From Thermodesulfobacteriota bacterium (lineage in GTDB: Bacteria; Desulfobacterota; Binatia; Bin18), in contig OZ219926.1 in NCBI GenBank assembly GCA_964291405.2, forward strand, positions 1,472,001 to 1,536,000: a stretch of DNA of 64,000 nucleotides, read 5' to 3'. The notes beneath the pieces were generated by a model, which saw nothing but the letters and a program-made list of their open reading frames with translations, had not been told where the DNA came from and searched no databases. The number at the start of each line of letters is the position of its first letter. Positions within the stretch are counted from its first letter, which is position 1. Below are positions 1 to 9,286 of the stretch, piece after piece. Position numbers and translations under genes: made by a program.

Positions 1-1743
1 AAATCCGGAAAATCGCAGGCGTATTACGATGCTATTAAGCAAAAATTCGCCGAGGAACGCGACTTGAGGCTGCACTACCGCCCGGAGGGCACGGCACAGT
101 ATACATCCGACCTCTCCGGTTCTTTCGCCAAATACGAGACCGACCCCTACGGCGGGGAGATTATCCCCCGCAAGCCCATCAACGATACGGTCGAGTGCTT
201 GTTTATCGGTGGAGGATTCTCGGCTCTGCTCACCTCGGCCCGGCTGCGGGAGTATGGCGTTGAGAGTATCCGCATTGTCGAGCGGGGAGCGGACGTCGGG
301 GGGACCTGGTACTGGAATCGCTACCCCGGGGTGGCCTGCGACGTGGCTTATGATTACCTGCCGTTGCTTGATGAGATGGACTACGTCCCCAAAGACCATT
401 ACGCCAAGGGACCGGAAATCCTGGCCCACTGCCAAGCCATTGCCAAAAAATACAATTTATACGAGCTGGCGGTTTTCCAGACCACGGTCACCTCAACTAT
501 ATGGAACGAAGAAGAAGAGATGTGGTACCTCACCACGGACCGAGGTGACCACATGAAGGCCCGCTTCGTGATCTGCGCCAACGGCACGCTGTCCAAGCCC
601 AAGCTGTCCAAAATTAAGGGGATGGAGTCCTTCAAAGGCCACTCCTTTCATACCTCGCGCTGGGACTATGAGTACACCAAGGAGGACTTGTCCGGCCTGG
701 AGGATAAGGTCGTCGGCATTATCGGCACAGGGGCAACTGCGGTGCAGGCCATTCCCGGTCTTGGTGCTTCGTCCAAGGAACTGTACGTGTTTCAACGCAC
801 GCCGTCGTCGATTGACATCCGAGACGACTGGCCGACCGATCCTAACTGGGCACGCAAACTGAAACCGGGCTGGCAGGCCAAGCGGCGCGAACGTGCCATG
901 CGCGGACCGCGGCTGACCGAGGAGCAGAAGGCCGAACGGGCGACCATGTCTCGTGAGGAAAAAATCCGACGACAGGAGAACGCCAATATCGACTATATGA
1001 TGCGGATTCACAAACGCATTGACGAGGTCGTGAAAGACAAAGTCACTGCCGACGCACTCAAGCCCTGGTATATGTTTATGTGTAAGCGGCCCTGCTTTCA
1101 CAACGACTATCTGCCGACCTTCAACCGTCCCAACGTGCACCTGGTCGATACCCACGGGAAAGGCATCACCGAGATCACGGCGAAAGGACCGGTGTTTGAC
1201 GGGATACAGTACGAGCTCGATCTCCTGATCTATGCCACCGGCTTCGAGGTGCAGAAGACCGGGATTTACAATCAGATCAGAGGAGAAAACGGTCTGGACC
1301 TGAACGATAAATACAGCACCGGCATCCGTACCCTGCTCGGTATTCACTCGCAGAGCTATCCCAATCTGTTTATCATGGGGGGCTACCAGGCCTCATTTCA
1401 GTTTAATCTGACGGATATGCTGCAATCTCAGGGCGACCATATTGCGGCGTGTATCGACTATGTGCGGCGGCATGACTATCAGTCCATCGATGTGATGCCC
1501 GAGGCGGAGGAGTGGTGGGTACAGGAGGTGATCCATCATCGTGGCAAAACCACCCGCAACCAGGACTGTACGCCGGGCTATTACAATTTTGAGGGCGAAT
1601 TTCAGCGCCGTCAGGATGGTAATTATAACGGTGGCTTTCCCAAGTATGTGACGCACTTAAAAGAGGTCCGGGCACGGATGACAGAGAATTTTGTGTTTAC
1701 GAAAGAAAGAATAAATCAGGAGTGCAGCCACCAAAGAAAGTAA
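1..1743 (+). CDS. Baeyer-Villiger-type flavin monooxygenase (5' truncated by window edge)
   Basis: Frame is open from base 1 (KSGKSQAYYDAIKQKFAEERDLRL). Motifs: GGGFSA and GTGATA Rossmann motifs, GGTWYWNRYPGVACD, and the FKGHSFHTSRWD BVMO fingerprint. Confidence 0.92.
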   Translation, partial: KSGKSQAYYDAIKQKFAEERDLRLHYRPEGTAQYTSDLSGSFAKYETDPYGGEIIPRKPINDTVECLFIGGGFSALLTSARLREYGVESIRIVERGADVGGTWYWNRYPGVACDVAYDYLPLLDEMDYVPKDHYAKGPEILAHCQAIAKKYNLYELAVFQTTVTSTIWNEEEEMWYLTTDRGDHMKARFVICANGTLSKPKLSKIKGMESFKGHSFHTSRWDYEYTKEDLSGLEDKVVGIIGTGATAVQAIPGLGASSKELYVFQRTPSSIDIRDDWPTDPNWARKLKPGWQAKRRERAMRGPRLTEEQKAERATMSREEKIRRQENANIDYMMRIHKRIDEVVKDKVTADALKPWYMFMCKRPCFHNDYLPTFNRPNVHLVDTHGKGITEITAKGPVFDGIQYELDLLIYATGFEVQKTGIYNQIRGENGLDLNDKYSTGIRTLLGIHSQSYPNLFIMGGYQASFQFNLTDMLQSQGDHIAACIDYVRRHDYQSIDVMPEAEEWWVQEVIHHRGKTTRNQDCTPGYYNFEGEFQRRQDGNYNGGFPKYVTHLKEVRARMTENFVFTKERINQECSHQRK

Positions 1744-1779
1744 GGAACCAAAATCAAGAAAAGCAGGAGAACATTACAC

Positions 1780-2592
1780 ATGACCACAACATACGAAACA
1801 TTTACCCTCGAACGCTCCGGTCCTATTGTGACCGTCTCTTTCAATCGACCGGCAAAACTCAATCCCCTCAATGAGCAGGTGCTGCGCGAGTTTCTGGCCA
1901 TTACCTATGAGCTGCAAGAGGACGAGGACTCACGGGTTGTGGTCCTGACCGGCAAGGGCCGTTCGTTCAGTGTTGGTGCGGATATGAACGCCCTGTCCAA
2001 GAGCTCCAAACCGGAAACCCAGGCCGCACTCACCGATAGCGCCAGGCTGCGGATGGCAAAGCTCGGCTGGCGGGTGATGGACGAGTGGGAACGCCTGGAC
2101 CAGATCAGCATTGCCGCGGTCAATGGTTTTGCGGTGGGTGGCGGCGTGTCCTTGGCCATGGCGTGTGATTTTCGTATTGCCGCCAGCGGCGCCCGCATGT
2201 GGTTGCCCGAGGTGCGGCTGGGCGTACCGTATATGTGGGGCTCCATTACTCGCATGATTAACCTGATCGGCATGGCCAAGGCCAAAGAACTGGTGATGAC
2301 CTGTGATGAGCTAACCGCAGAAGAAGCCTGTGAGGTCGGCTTGGTCAATCAGGTCGTGCCGCTGGAGGAGTTGCACGACGCGGTCCACGCCTTTGCCCAG
2401 AAGCTGCTCAACAAGCCGCCCATGGCACTACGTCGCACAAAAGAATTTTTCAAAGCGCTGAGCACCAACAAGGCCGGCGATATTACCTATGCCGATGCCC
2501 ATCTGGGGCTGGCCTGCACGCTGGGAGAAGACATGCGCGAGGCCGTGGCCGCGTTCCAAGAGAAACGTGATCCGGTGTTTGTCAATCGCTAG
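1780..2592 (+). CDS. Enoyl-CoA hydratase/isomerase (crotonase) family protein
   Basis: FSVGADM, AAVNGFAVGGG and LPEVRLG motifs; AGGAGA RBS. Confidence 0.93.
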   Translation: MTTTYETFTLERSGPIVTVSFNRPAKLNPLNEQVLREFLAITYELQEDEDSRVVVLTGKGRSFSVGADMNALSKSSKPETQAALTDSARLRMAKLGWRVMDEWERLDQISIAAVNGFAVGGGVSLAMACDFRIAASGARMWLPEVRLGVPYMWGSITRMINLIGMAKAKELVMTCDELTAEEACEVGLVNQVVPLEELHDAVHAFAQKLLNKPPMALRRTKEFFKALSTNKAGDITYADAHLGLACTLGEDMREAVAAFQEKRDPVFVNR

Positions 2593-2625
2593 GCAGAGTC
2601 AGAGAGTTGAGCCGGAGGGACCCGC

Positions 2626-3897
2626 ATGCAACAGACCGCCATTGATCCGGTCCAGTACGACACCCTTGTTCAAAACGAGCGGGTCCACAGGTCGCTGTAC
2701 ACCGACCCGCATATCTTTACCGATGAGTTGGAAAAGATTTTCTACCACGGCTGGGTGTTCATCGGGCACGACAGCGAAATCCCCCAGCCGGGGGACTTTA
2801 TTACCCGCCAGGTCGGTACCCAGTCGGTCATCCTGGTGCGTGGCACGGACCATAACATCTCGGCCCTCCTCAACCGCTGCGCGCATCGTGGCACGACCGT
2901 CTGCCCGGCGGAACGTGGTCACGCCCGCACGTTTACCTGTCCCTATCATGGCTGGAGCTATGACCTGAGTGGCGCCTTGCAGGGTGTCCCCTACCCGGCC
3001 GGATATGGGGAGTCTTTCGATAAAAAGGCGTATGGGCTGACACGTGTGCCGCGGCTGGAGAGCTATCGTGGCTTCGTGTTCGTCAGTCTGAGTCCGAACG
3101 GTATCTCGCTGGCCGACCATCTTGGCACGGCGGCGCAACTGATCGACCGGGCGTGTGATCTCTCGCCGGAAGGCGAGATAGAACTCAGCGCCGGTTGGAT
3201 CAAGCATCGCTATCCGTCCAACTGGAAAATGCTGCCCGAAAACGACACGGACGGCTATCATCTCGGCTTTGTACACCGCTCCATATTGAAAGCGGTCGGC
3301 TCGCAGTATCGGCGTTTTGTGGGTGAGGAAAAAAGCATCAAGTCCGTCCTGCGCGACTGGGGGAAGGGTCACACGGAAATCGATTTTGTGCCCGCCTACC
3401 AGCAGCCGTTCGAGTGGTTCGGCGGCGTCTCGGAGGGGCTGGCCGCATCCTATCTGGCGGCCATGGAGCGCAGCTATGGCAAAGAGGAAACCCAGCGCCG
3501 GGTTTTCGACGGCCCGCCGCACGCCTTTATTTTTCCCAACCTCTTTTTGGCCGAGATGAATATCGCCATCATGCAGCCCGTCAGCGTGGACGAATGCGTC
3601 CATTGGCACACGCCCCTATTTCTCAAGGGTGTGCCCGAATTCAACAAGCGCCTGTTGCGGCAGAGCGAAGCGGCAATGGGGCCGGGGTCGTTTCTGCTGC
3701 CCGAAGATGTGACGATTGCCAGTCGCAACCAAGTCGGATTAGTGACGCGAAACGCCGAGTGGCTGGAGTTGAGTCGTGGCCTGAACCGTGAGTATGTCGA
3801 TAGCCAACAGCAGCGCGTCGGGCATATGACCGATGAGACAACCAATCGGGCGTTTTGGTTGCACTATCGCAGCGTGATGCAAAACGGCCAGGCCTAG
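2626..3897 (+). CDS. Rieske ring-hydroxylating oxygenase alpha subunit
   Basis: Rieske ligands CAH...CPYH; mononuclear iron motif ENDTDGYHLGFVH. Confidence 0.93.
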   Translation: MQQTAIDPVQYDTLVQNERVHRSLYTDPHIFTDELEKIFYHGWVFIGHDSEIPQPGDFITRQVGTQSVILVRGTDHNISALLNRCAHRGTTVCPAERGHARTFTCPYHGWSYDLSGALQGVPYPAGYGESFDKKAYGLTRVPRLESYRGFVFVSLSPNGISLADHLGTAAQLIDRACDLSPEGEIELSAGWIKHRYPSNWKMLPENDTDGYHLGFVHRSILKAVGSQYRRFVGEEKSIKSVLRDWGKGHTEIDFVPAYQQPFEWFGGVSEGLAASYLAAMERSYGKEETQRRVFDGPPHAFIFPNLFLAEMNIAIMQPVSVDECVHWHTPLFLKGVPEFNKRLLRQSEAAMGPGSFLLPEDVTIASRNQVGLVTRNAEWLELSRGLNREYVDSQQQRVGHMTDETTNRAFWLHYRSVMQNGQA

Positions 3898-3902
3898 CAG
3901 CT

Positions 3903-4394
3903 ATGGTGTCCGACGCCGAGTATAGAGCTGTTGAGGCATTCCTGTACAAAGAGGCGCGCTTCGCGGATGAGGCGCGCTATGCGGACTGGGAAGCCTTGTG
4001 GACGGACGAGGCCGTGTACTGGGTACCGGCGACAACCGACCCGGAGGCTGATCCCAACACCCAGATCTCGCACATCTACGACAACCGACAGCGGATTGCT
4101 ACGCGCATCAAACTCCTGCAAAGCGGCCATCGCTACAGCCAGGAGCCGGCCTCGTTCATGCGCCGGCTGATTTCCAATATCGAAGTCGAGAAAAACGGAC
4201 ACAATGAATTCGTTGTGGGCTCGAATTTTCTTTTGGTCGAACTCTCGGTTCAAGCCAAACATGAGACCCATCTATGGGCCGGACGCACGACGCATACCCT
4301 TCGGCGGATTGATGGTGAGCTTAAGATGAGCCGTAAAAAAGTCGTTTTGGTCAACGCCGCCGAGCCGCTGCCGAATATGTCGTTTCTGATATAG
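3903..4394 (+). CDS. Ring-hydroxylating oxygenase beta subunit
   Basis: FLYKEARFADE...W..LW...YWVP and KKVVLVN motifs; ATG 5 nt after the alpha stop. Confidence 0.92.
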   Translation: MVSDAEYRAVEAFLYKEARFADEARYADWEALWTDEAVYWVPATTDPEADPNTQISHIYDNRQRIATRIKLLQSGHRYSQEPASFMRRLISNIEVEKNGHNEFVVGSNFLLVELSVQAKHETHLWAGRTTHTLRRIDGELKMSRKKVVLVNAAEPLPNMSFLI

Positions 4395-4432
4395 CCCAGC
4401 AACAACGCTGATACCCGCAGAACTGGCGGGGC

Positions 4433-6076
4433 TCAAGCTCCTTGTGTCGGCTCGATCACGGTCGCCAGCTTTTCAGCAGCTCTCGCCAACTCGGTCTGTA
4501 ATGTCGGGGTTCCATTTTTTCCGTACACGCCAAAGACTTGGCGGTCCGGTCGCAGGATGACGGCTTGGCCGCCACCTATGCGCTTGAACCACGCGGCAAG
4601 GTCACCGTCCGTATCGACAACGGTGGTCGTGTTTGAGGGCGCGCTGTCGCCGTGGGTTGCCTGGCTTGCGACCTGGATAAAGCGCGTCTTGAGTGTGGAA
4701 AATGTCTGGGCGGTTGCCTCGGTGATTGCATCCGCAGGGTTCATATTCAGTCCGAGCACGGCAAAGTCGCCACCCAGGGCCGTGTCCAGCGCTATCCGCT
4801 CGCCTGACCTCGTTGCGACGACGGGTTGATCAATTTGATGCCCATGGGCGGTCTTCGCACTCGGTGGCGTGGTCGTGTCGAACAGTCCGGGGCCGAGCGG
4901 CCAGGCCGGCTCCCATAGAAAGGGTTTTTGCAGGACAGGAAAAACGCTCGCCAAAGAGAAGAAGGAATCACGCAGCACGGCCGCGACAGGGTGCGTTGTT
5001 TGGATAACGCTTCCAGTACGGATGGCCTGTTCAATAATCGTGCGGGCATGAGGGATGCGCTCTGACGGATAGGTGTCCAGCAGCTTCGAAGCGTAGCGCC
5101 CGGTCAGAACACCTTCGAGTTTCCAACACAGATTATAAGCATCGCGGATACCGGCGCACATGCCTTGGCCGAGAAAAGGCGGGGTTTGATGGGCCGCATC
5201 GCCCAGCAGAAAAACGCGCCCTGCCCGCCACGACCGGGCAAGCAGTCCGTGAAAAGTATACACCTTCTTCCGAATAAGCGTGCACTGCTCCGGCTGAAGG
5301 TCGTCGTGGAGACGATGCAGATGGGGGGCCATCAGGGCAAGGACACGCTCTTCTCGTTCAAGCTCCTCAGGGTCATCGTCGGGCCGGAGCATAAACTCCC
5401 AACGGATGTGGCGACCTTCGCAGGGGACCAGCGTCGTTGGTCTGTGTCGGTCACAAACTTGATAGACCCGTTTGCGAAACGCGAAATCCCCCTCTAGCAG
5501 AATATCGCAGACCAACCACGGTTCATCGGTATTCAGCGTATCGAGCAGAATACCAACCAGCTCGCGGGCCGTACTCGTTGCCCCGTCACAGCCGAGGAGG
5601 TAGGGACTCCTGACCTCTTCGTGGCGGCCACTCTCCCGGTGTGAGAGGGTGACGTGCAGGCCGGTGTCATCCTGATCGAGCGTTTCCAGGGTCCAGCCGA
5701 GTCGGACCTCAACCGAGGGATAGCGTTCGACCCCACGGCGCAGATGCGCTTCCAGCGCTGGCTGGTTGAAGAAGTTCGCATTGGGCCAGCCGTGACGGAT
5801 GGGCATACCACCCAGGTCCAGGGCCATCAGCGTACGGCCTTTTCCGTTAACGAAGGCCACGTCGGTCGCCGGCTGTGAGACACTTTGGATTTCGTCTGCC
5901 AGCCCAAGGGACTGAAAGATCCGCATGGTCTCTCCGTCAAAGTGCACGGCCCGCGGAATATCGTAGATCTCGGTACTCTGCTCGACCACCAGCACCCGCA
6001 CTCCGCGCTGCCCGAGCAGGTTCGCGGCCACCGCCCCGGTCGGGCCGTAGCCACAGATCACAACATCGTAGTTCAC
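4433..6076 (-). CDS. FAD-dependent aromatic hydroxylase (MhpA-like)
   Basis: GYGPTG, PRAVHFDGE, GCDG, LLGDAAHQTPPFLGQG and C-terminal RPD motifs. Confidence 0.9.
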   Translation of the reverse strand: MNYDVVICGYGPTGAVAANLLGQRGVRVLVVEQSTEIYDIPRAVHFDGETMRIFQSLGLADEIQSVSQPATDVAFVNGKGRTLMALDLGGMPIRHGWPNANFFNQPALEAHLRRGVERYPSVEVRLGWTLETLDQDDTGLHVTLSHRESGRHEEVRSPYLLGCDGATSTARELVGILLDTLNTDEPWLVCDILLEGDFAFRKRVYQVCDRHRPTTLVPCEGRHIRWEFMLRPDDDPEELEREERVLALMAPHLHRLHDDLQPEQCTLIRKKVYTFHGLLARSWRAGRVFLLGDAAHQTPPFLGQGMCAGIRDAYNLCWKLEGVLTGRYASKLLDTYPSERIPHARTIIEQAIRTGSVIQTTHPVAAVLRDSFFSLASVFPVLQKPFLWEPAWPLGPGLFDTTTPPSAKTAHGHQIDQPVVATRSGERIALDTALGGDFAVLGLNMNPADAITEATAQTFSTLKTRFIQVASQATHGDSAPSNTTTVVDTDGDLAAWFKRIGGGQAVILRPDRQVFGVYGKNGTPTLQTELARAAEKLATVIEPTQGA

Positions 6077-6126
6077 GCTACGTTACCTTCCAGCGCCGAC
6101 AGACCGCGCCGGACGCCGAGAACCGT

Positions 6127-7056
6127 TTAGCCGTGGGCTTTGTTCCAGCCTTCGATAACGGCCGGCATGTCTGGAGGTTGGAAGAATACTTCGGGCTGAC
6201 GTGTTTCGCCCCAGAGCGACCAGGAATCCGCCATTGGCCAATCCTCTCGAATCTGCCACCCCTCGTCGTCAATAATACGATCCATGTCGGCGAAGTATTC
6301 AAAGAAGGTGCCGCTCGGGTCACACATATACCAGAACATATTGCCCCCGATGGGATGCCGTCCGGGACCGGCGATGTGCGCGCCTTCGTGCGCGCGCAGA
6401 TAGAGCGTGGCCGCACGGCACACGGAGTCGATGTCATCGTGTTCGATAGCGTAGTGGTTCAAATACGGCACCGGACCGGGGGCGAGCAATAAATTATGAT
6501 GATCGGGGGAGCACCGCATAAAAAATGCTATCCCGCCAACGATATCGGATACGCGATAGCCTATGCCCTCGGTATAAAACTGCAAACTCGCTGCAATATC
6601 GGGTGACCCAACGACAATATGCCCAAGCCGACGCGGCGGACGCGGTGTTGCTTCGATCAACAAGGAATGCCGAGCATCGAGCCGATTGCGCTCGCCCGGT
6701 CGATTCATGACGCGCTGTGGCTGAGTCGAGATGTCAGCCACTTCTGCCGGCTCGATCACGACATTCCACTTGTTGACCGGATCAGGAACGCGCAGCGTGC
6801 CATTGCTGCGTTGTGAGGCGATGCCCAGCCCCTCAAGGTTCTTGACAATCCCGTCCAGGTCTTCTTCGTTTTCACACCCAACACGCATCTCTCGTAATTG
6901 CCGAAACGGGGCTTCGTTGATTGTGATTTGGCCCGGCTGATCCGCCGGTCCCCAGCTCCGGGAGCCACCAGTAAAACCAATCTCTTGGTAAAACGTATCG
7001 AGCATAGCCGGGTCGGGCACGCCGATTTCCACTCCGAGCAGTCTGTGCAACGCCAT
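6127..7056 (-). CDS. VOC / extradiol-dioxygenase-like protein
   Basis: LGHIV, DHHN, LNHYA, GRHPIG and YMCDPSG..FEY motifs; start placed at ATG 7056 after a GAGGAG RBS. Confidence 0.85.
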   Translation of the reverse strand: MALHRLLGVEIGVPDPAMLDTFYQEIGFTGGSRSWGPADQPGQITINEAPFRQLREMRVGCENEEDLDGIVKNLEGLGIASQRSNGTLRVPDPVNKWNVVIEPAEVADISTQPQRVMNRPGERNRLDARHSLLIEATPRPPRRLGHIVVGSPDIAASLQFYTEGIGYRVSDIVGGIAFFMRCSPDHHNLLLAPGPVPYLNHYAIEHDDIDSVCRAATLYLRAHEGAHIAGPGRHPIGGNMFWYMCDPSGTFFEYFADMDRIIDDEGWQIREDWPMADSWSLWGETRQPEVFFQPPDMPAVIEGWNKAHG

Positions 7057-7215
7057 AGTCTGTCCCCTCCTCTTTTGGGCATTGGTGTTGGTCTGGCTTG
7101 TCATATGCAAGGCGGGTGTCTACCATTCATTGAGTCACCTGCCTCAACACGAGACTGGGCATATCATGAAAGAGATTTTCATCAAGCGAGACAGAAGCAG
7201 TGCAGGGTTGTTGGC

Positions 7216-8220
7216 ATGGTGACGATGCTCCTTTTGCTGGGCGCGATTCCGTTTGTCTGGTACGTGTGGGAGCGGCGGCAGCGGAAAACGCAACCCATGC
7301 CGGGCGGCATGCACGAACTCATCACCCTTCCCCACGCTGAAGAGTGGGAGCTCTATCACAATGCCTTTTCACTCTGCTCAAAGAAAACTCGGGTGTGTCT
7401 GGCCGAGCTTGGCCTTCCGTATAAAAGCCATCACATCGACCTGATCGAGACCGGCGCCTACGAAAACATTTCACGCCATTTCCTCCAAGTGAACCCTGCT
7501 GCATTGGTTCCCGTCCTCGTCCATAACGGCCACCCGATCTACGAGTCCCACGAGCAGCTCGCCTACGCCGCCCAGCATGCCAGCCAGCCGGCTGCGCTTG
7601 TGCCTGAGAACAAAGAACAGCGCAACGTCATGGAGTATTGGGTTCACAAATCCTCGCTGGTCGGAGACGACCCCCTCGCCAGCATCGATGAAACCGCGGG
7701 GAACGCTGTCCCTGGGCTCACGATTCCCATCTTTGCCGCGATGATCGAGCACGTTCCGGTCTCGCGTATTGTGGAGGGGCTGTTGTTCCATCGCTTGAAA
7801 AAACGAGCTCTGTTCTTCTTGGTGCTGAAATTTCGAGGCGTCCGGCGTCTGTCGCGCTTGAAGCCGATTATGAAGATCCTCCGTAGTAGCCGGGCCGCGA
7901 TGCACACCCACCTGGATGAGTTGGAACACGCCCTCGACCAGAGCGACGGCCCGTGGATTCTTGGCGAGCAGTTCACGCTGGCCGATGTGGGGATGATGGT
8001 TATCCTGGAACGCCTGCGCGAAGTGGACTGGCTCGATGAGTTCCTGGGGGAGCGTAGACCCCACGTCAGTCGCTATTGGGAGGCGCTCCAAGCGCGACCT
8101 AGCTATCAGGCGGGAGTGACTGCATTTGCTCATCCCACCGTGACACAAGGCGCGGAAGAGATTGTCGCGCTCAAACAAACTGACCTCGCCTTTCGCGAGG
8201 CACTCGTCGGAGCACTGTAA
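7216..8220 (+). CDS. Glutathione S-transferase family protein with N-terminal hydrophobic anchor
   Basis: FSLCSKK, VNPAALVPVL, YES and FTLAD motifs; start inferred at ATG 7216 (or 7225). Confidence 0.85.
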   Translation: MVTMLLLLGAIPFVWYVWERRQRKTQPMPGGMHELITLPHAEEWELYHNAFSLCSKKTRVCLAELGLPYKSHHIDLIETGAYENISRHFLQVNPAALVPVLVHNGHPIYESHEQLAYAAQHASQPAALVPENKEQRNVMEYWVHKSSLVGDDPLASIDETAGNAVPGLTIPIFAAMIEHVPVSRIVEGLLFHRLKKRALFFLVLKFRGVRRLSRLKPIMKILRSSRAAMHTHLDELEHALDQSDGPWILGEQFTLADVGMMVILERLREVDWLDEFLGERRPHVSRYWEALQARPSYQAGVTAFAHPTVTQGAEEIVALKQTDLAFREALVGAL

Positions 8221-8310
8221 GCGAACGGCAGAATCGACAACAGCCGACAGGGCAATCGTTTCGGGATCAGTCCTGCCTCTCACCAAGTCCCATACACCCG
8301 CGATGCCTTC

Positions 8311-9162
8311 TCATATCTCGGCCATTACCCCCGCCAGGGTATGACCCCGCAAACGTTGGAAGCTACCGTAGAGGCTCAAGATAAGGCCGGGTAATCCCGG
8401 AGCCGTAATCTCTTGGGCAAAAGACGGCCGCTTGAGGAGGCTTTCGTAGTGCGTCTTGAGTCGCGGGTGACGCTGGATGGGATAGCCGGCACACACCAGC
8501 CGATGGAGAGAGATAAACCAGGCGACCTCAAGCACAGAGATCCGTTGTCCGATCAGCCACGTATTCGCCCGTAACCATTGCTCAAGCGTCTCAAAGGCCG
8601 TAGCAAAGACATGGACCGAGGCCCGGGCCTGGTCCGGTCGCACTCCGTCCTGGGCAAAGGCGCGCCACCAGGCAACTTCTTTGTCTCGCTTGGTGTCCGG
8701 CGCACCGCTTTTTTCATAGGCCTCTAGCACCTTTGGTGGCTTTTTTGCCAGGACGTACGGCACCAAAAATCCCATGGTAATCGTTCGCAGGTCCATATGC
8801 AGCGAGTCTTCAAGCGCCAGGGATTCCCGAACTCTTGCGCGCTCAAGCGTATTCTGGGGGAAGAGCGATGGCGTCGGCGAGGGCAGCTCATCAAGGTATT
8901 CCATGATGTCATTGCTCTCGACATGGACAACACCATCATGGACCAGCACCGGGACAACGCCTCTGGGATTGATGCCGAGAAACCATGGCCTGGTATGCTC
9001 CTGACGGAGAAGATCGACCGGATGGGATTTCCACGCAACCCCCTTTTCCGCCAAGAAGATCCGGACTTTCTGTGAACACGAGGAGCCATGAAAGTGTAAG
9101 AGATGAATGCCCTGCCAACTCTTGACCTCTTGCGTGGTGATGGCTTCGTCAGAAAGCTGCAT
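8311..9162 (-). CDS. Glutathione S-transferase family protein
   Basis: SSCSQKVR, INPRGVVPVL and ESNDI motifs; GAGGAG RBS. Confidence 0.9.
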   Translation of the reverse strand: MQLSDEAITTQEVKSWQGIHLLHFHGSSCSQKVRIFLAEKGVAWKSHPVDLLRQEHTRPWFLGINPRGVVPVLVHDGVVHVESNDIMEYLDELPSPTPSLFPQNTLERARVRESLALEDSLHMDLRTITMGFLVPYVLAKKPPKVLEAYEKSGAPDTKRDKEVAWWRAFAQDGVRPDQARASVHVFATAFETLEQWLRANTWLIGQRISVLEVAWFISLHRLVCAGYPIQRHPRLKTHYESLLKRPSFAQEITAPGLPGLILSLYGSFQRLRGHTLAGVMAEI

Positions 9163-9286
9163 CAGACCGCTCCTCGTTTATGATATGCGGGGAAAGATAG
9201 CGGCAGGGGGAACGCTAGTCTATACGGGCGGTGTGACCCCGCGTTGATACACTGGTAGACAGTAGCCCGGCCTCTCACCCATTGCC

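Noticed and set aside
331-363. Apparent one-residue shortening in BVMO motif CDVAYDYLP
   Set aside because: In frame; it cannot be distinguished from natural variation without an alignment.
6898-7215. Long N-terminal extensions in the ORF track (GST; also 38233, 35382, 40802, 60503)
   Set aside because: Most overlap neighbouring genes; downstream starts fit the RBS, signal peptide or domain boundaries better.
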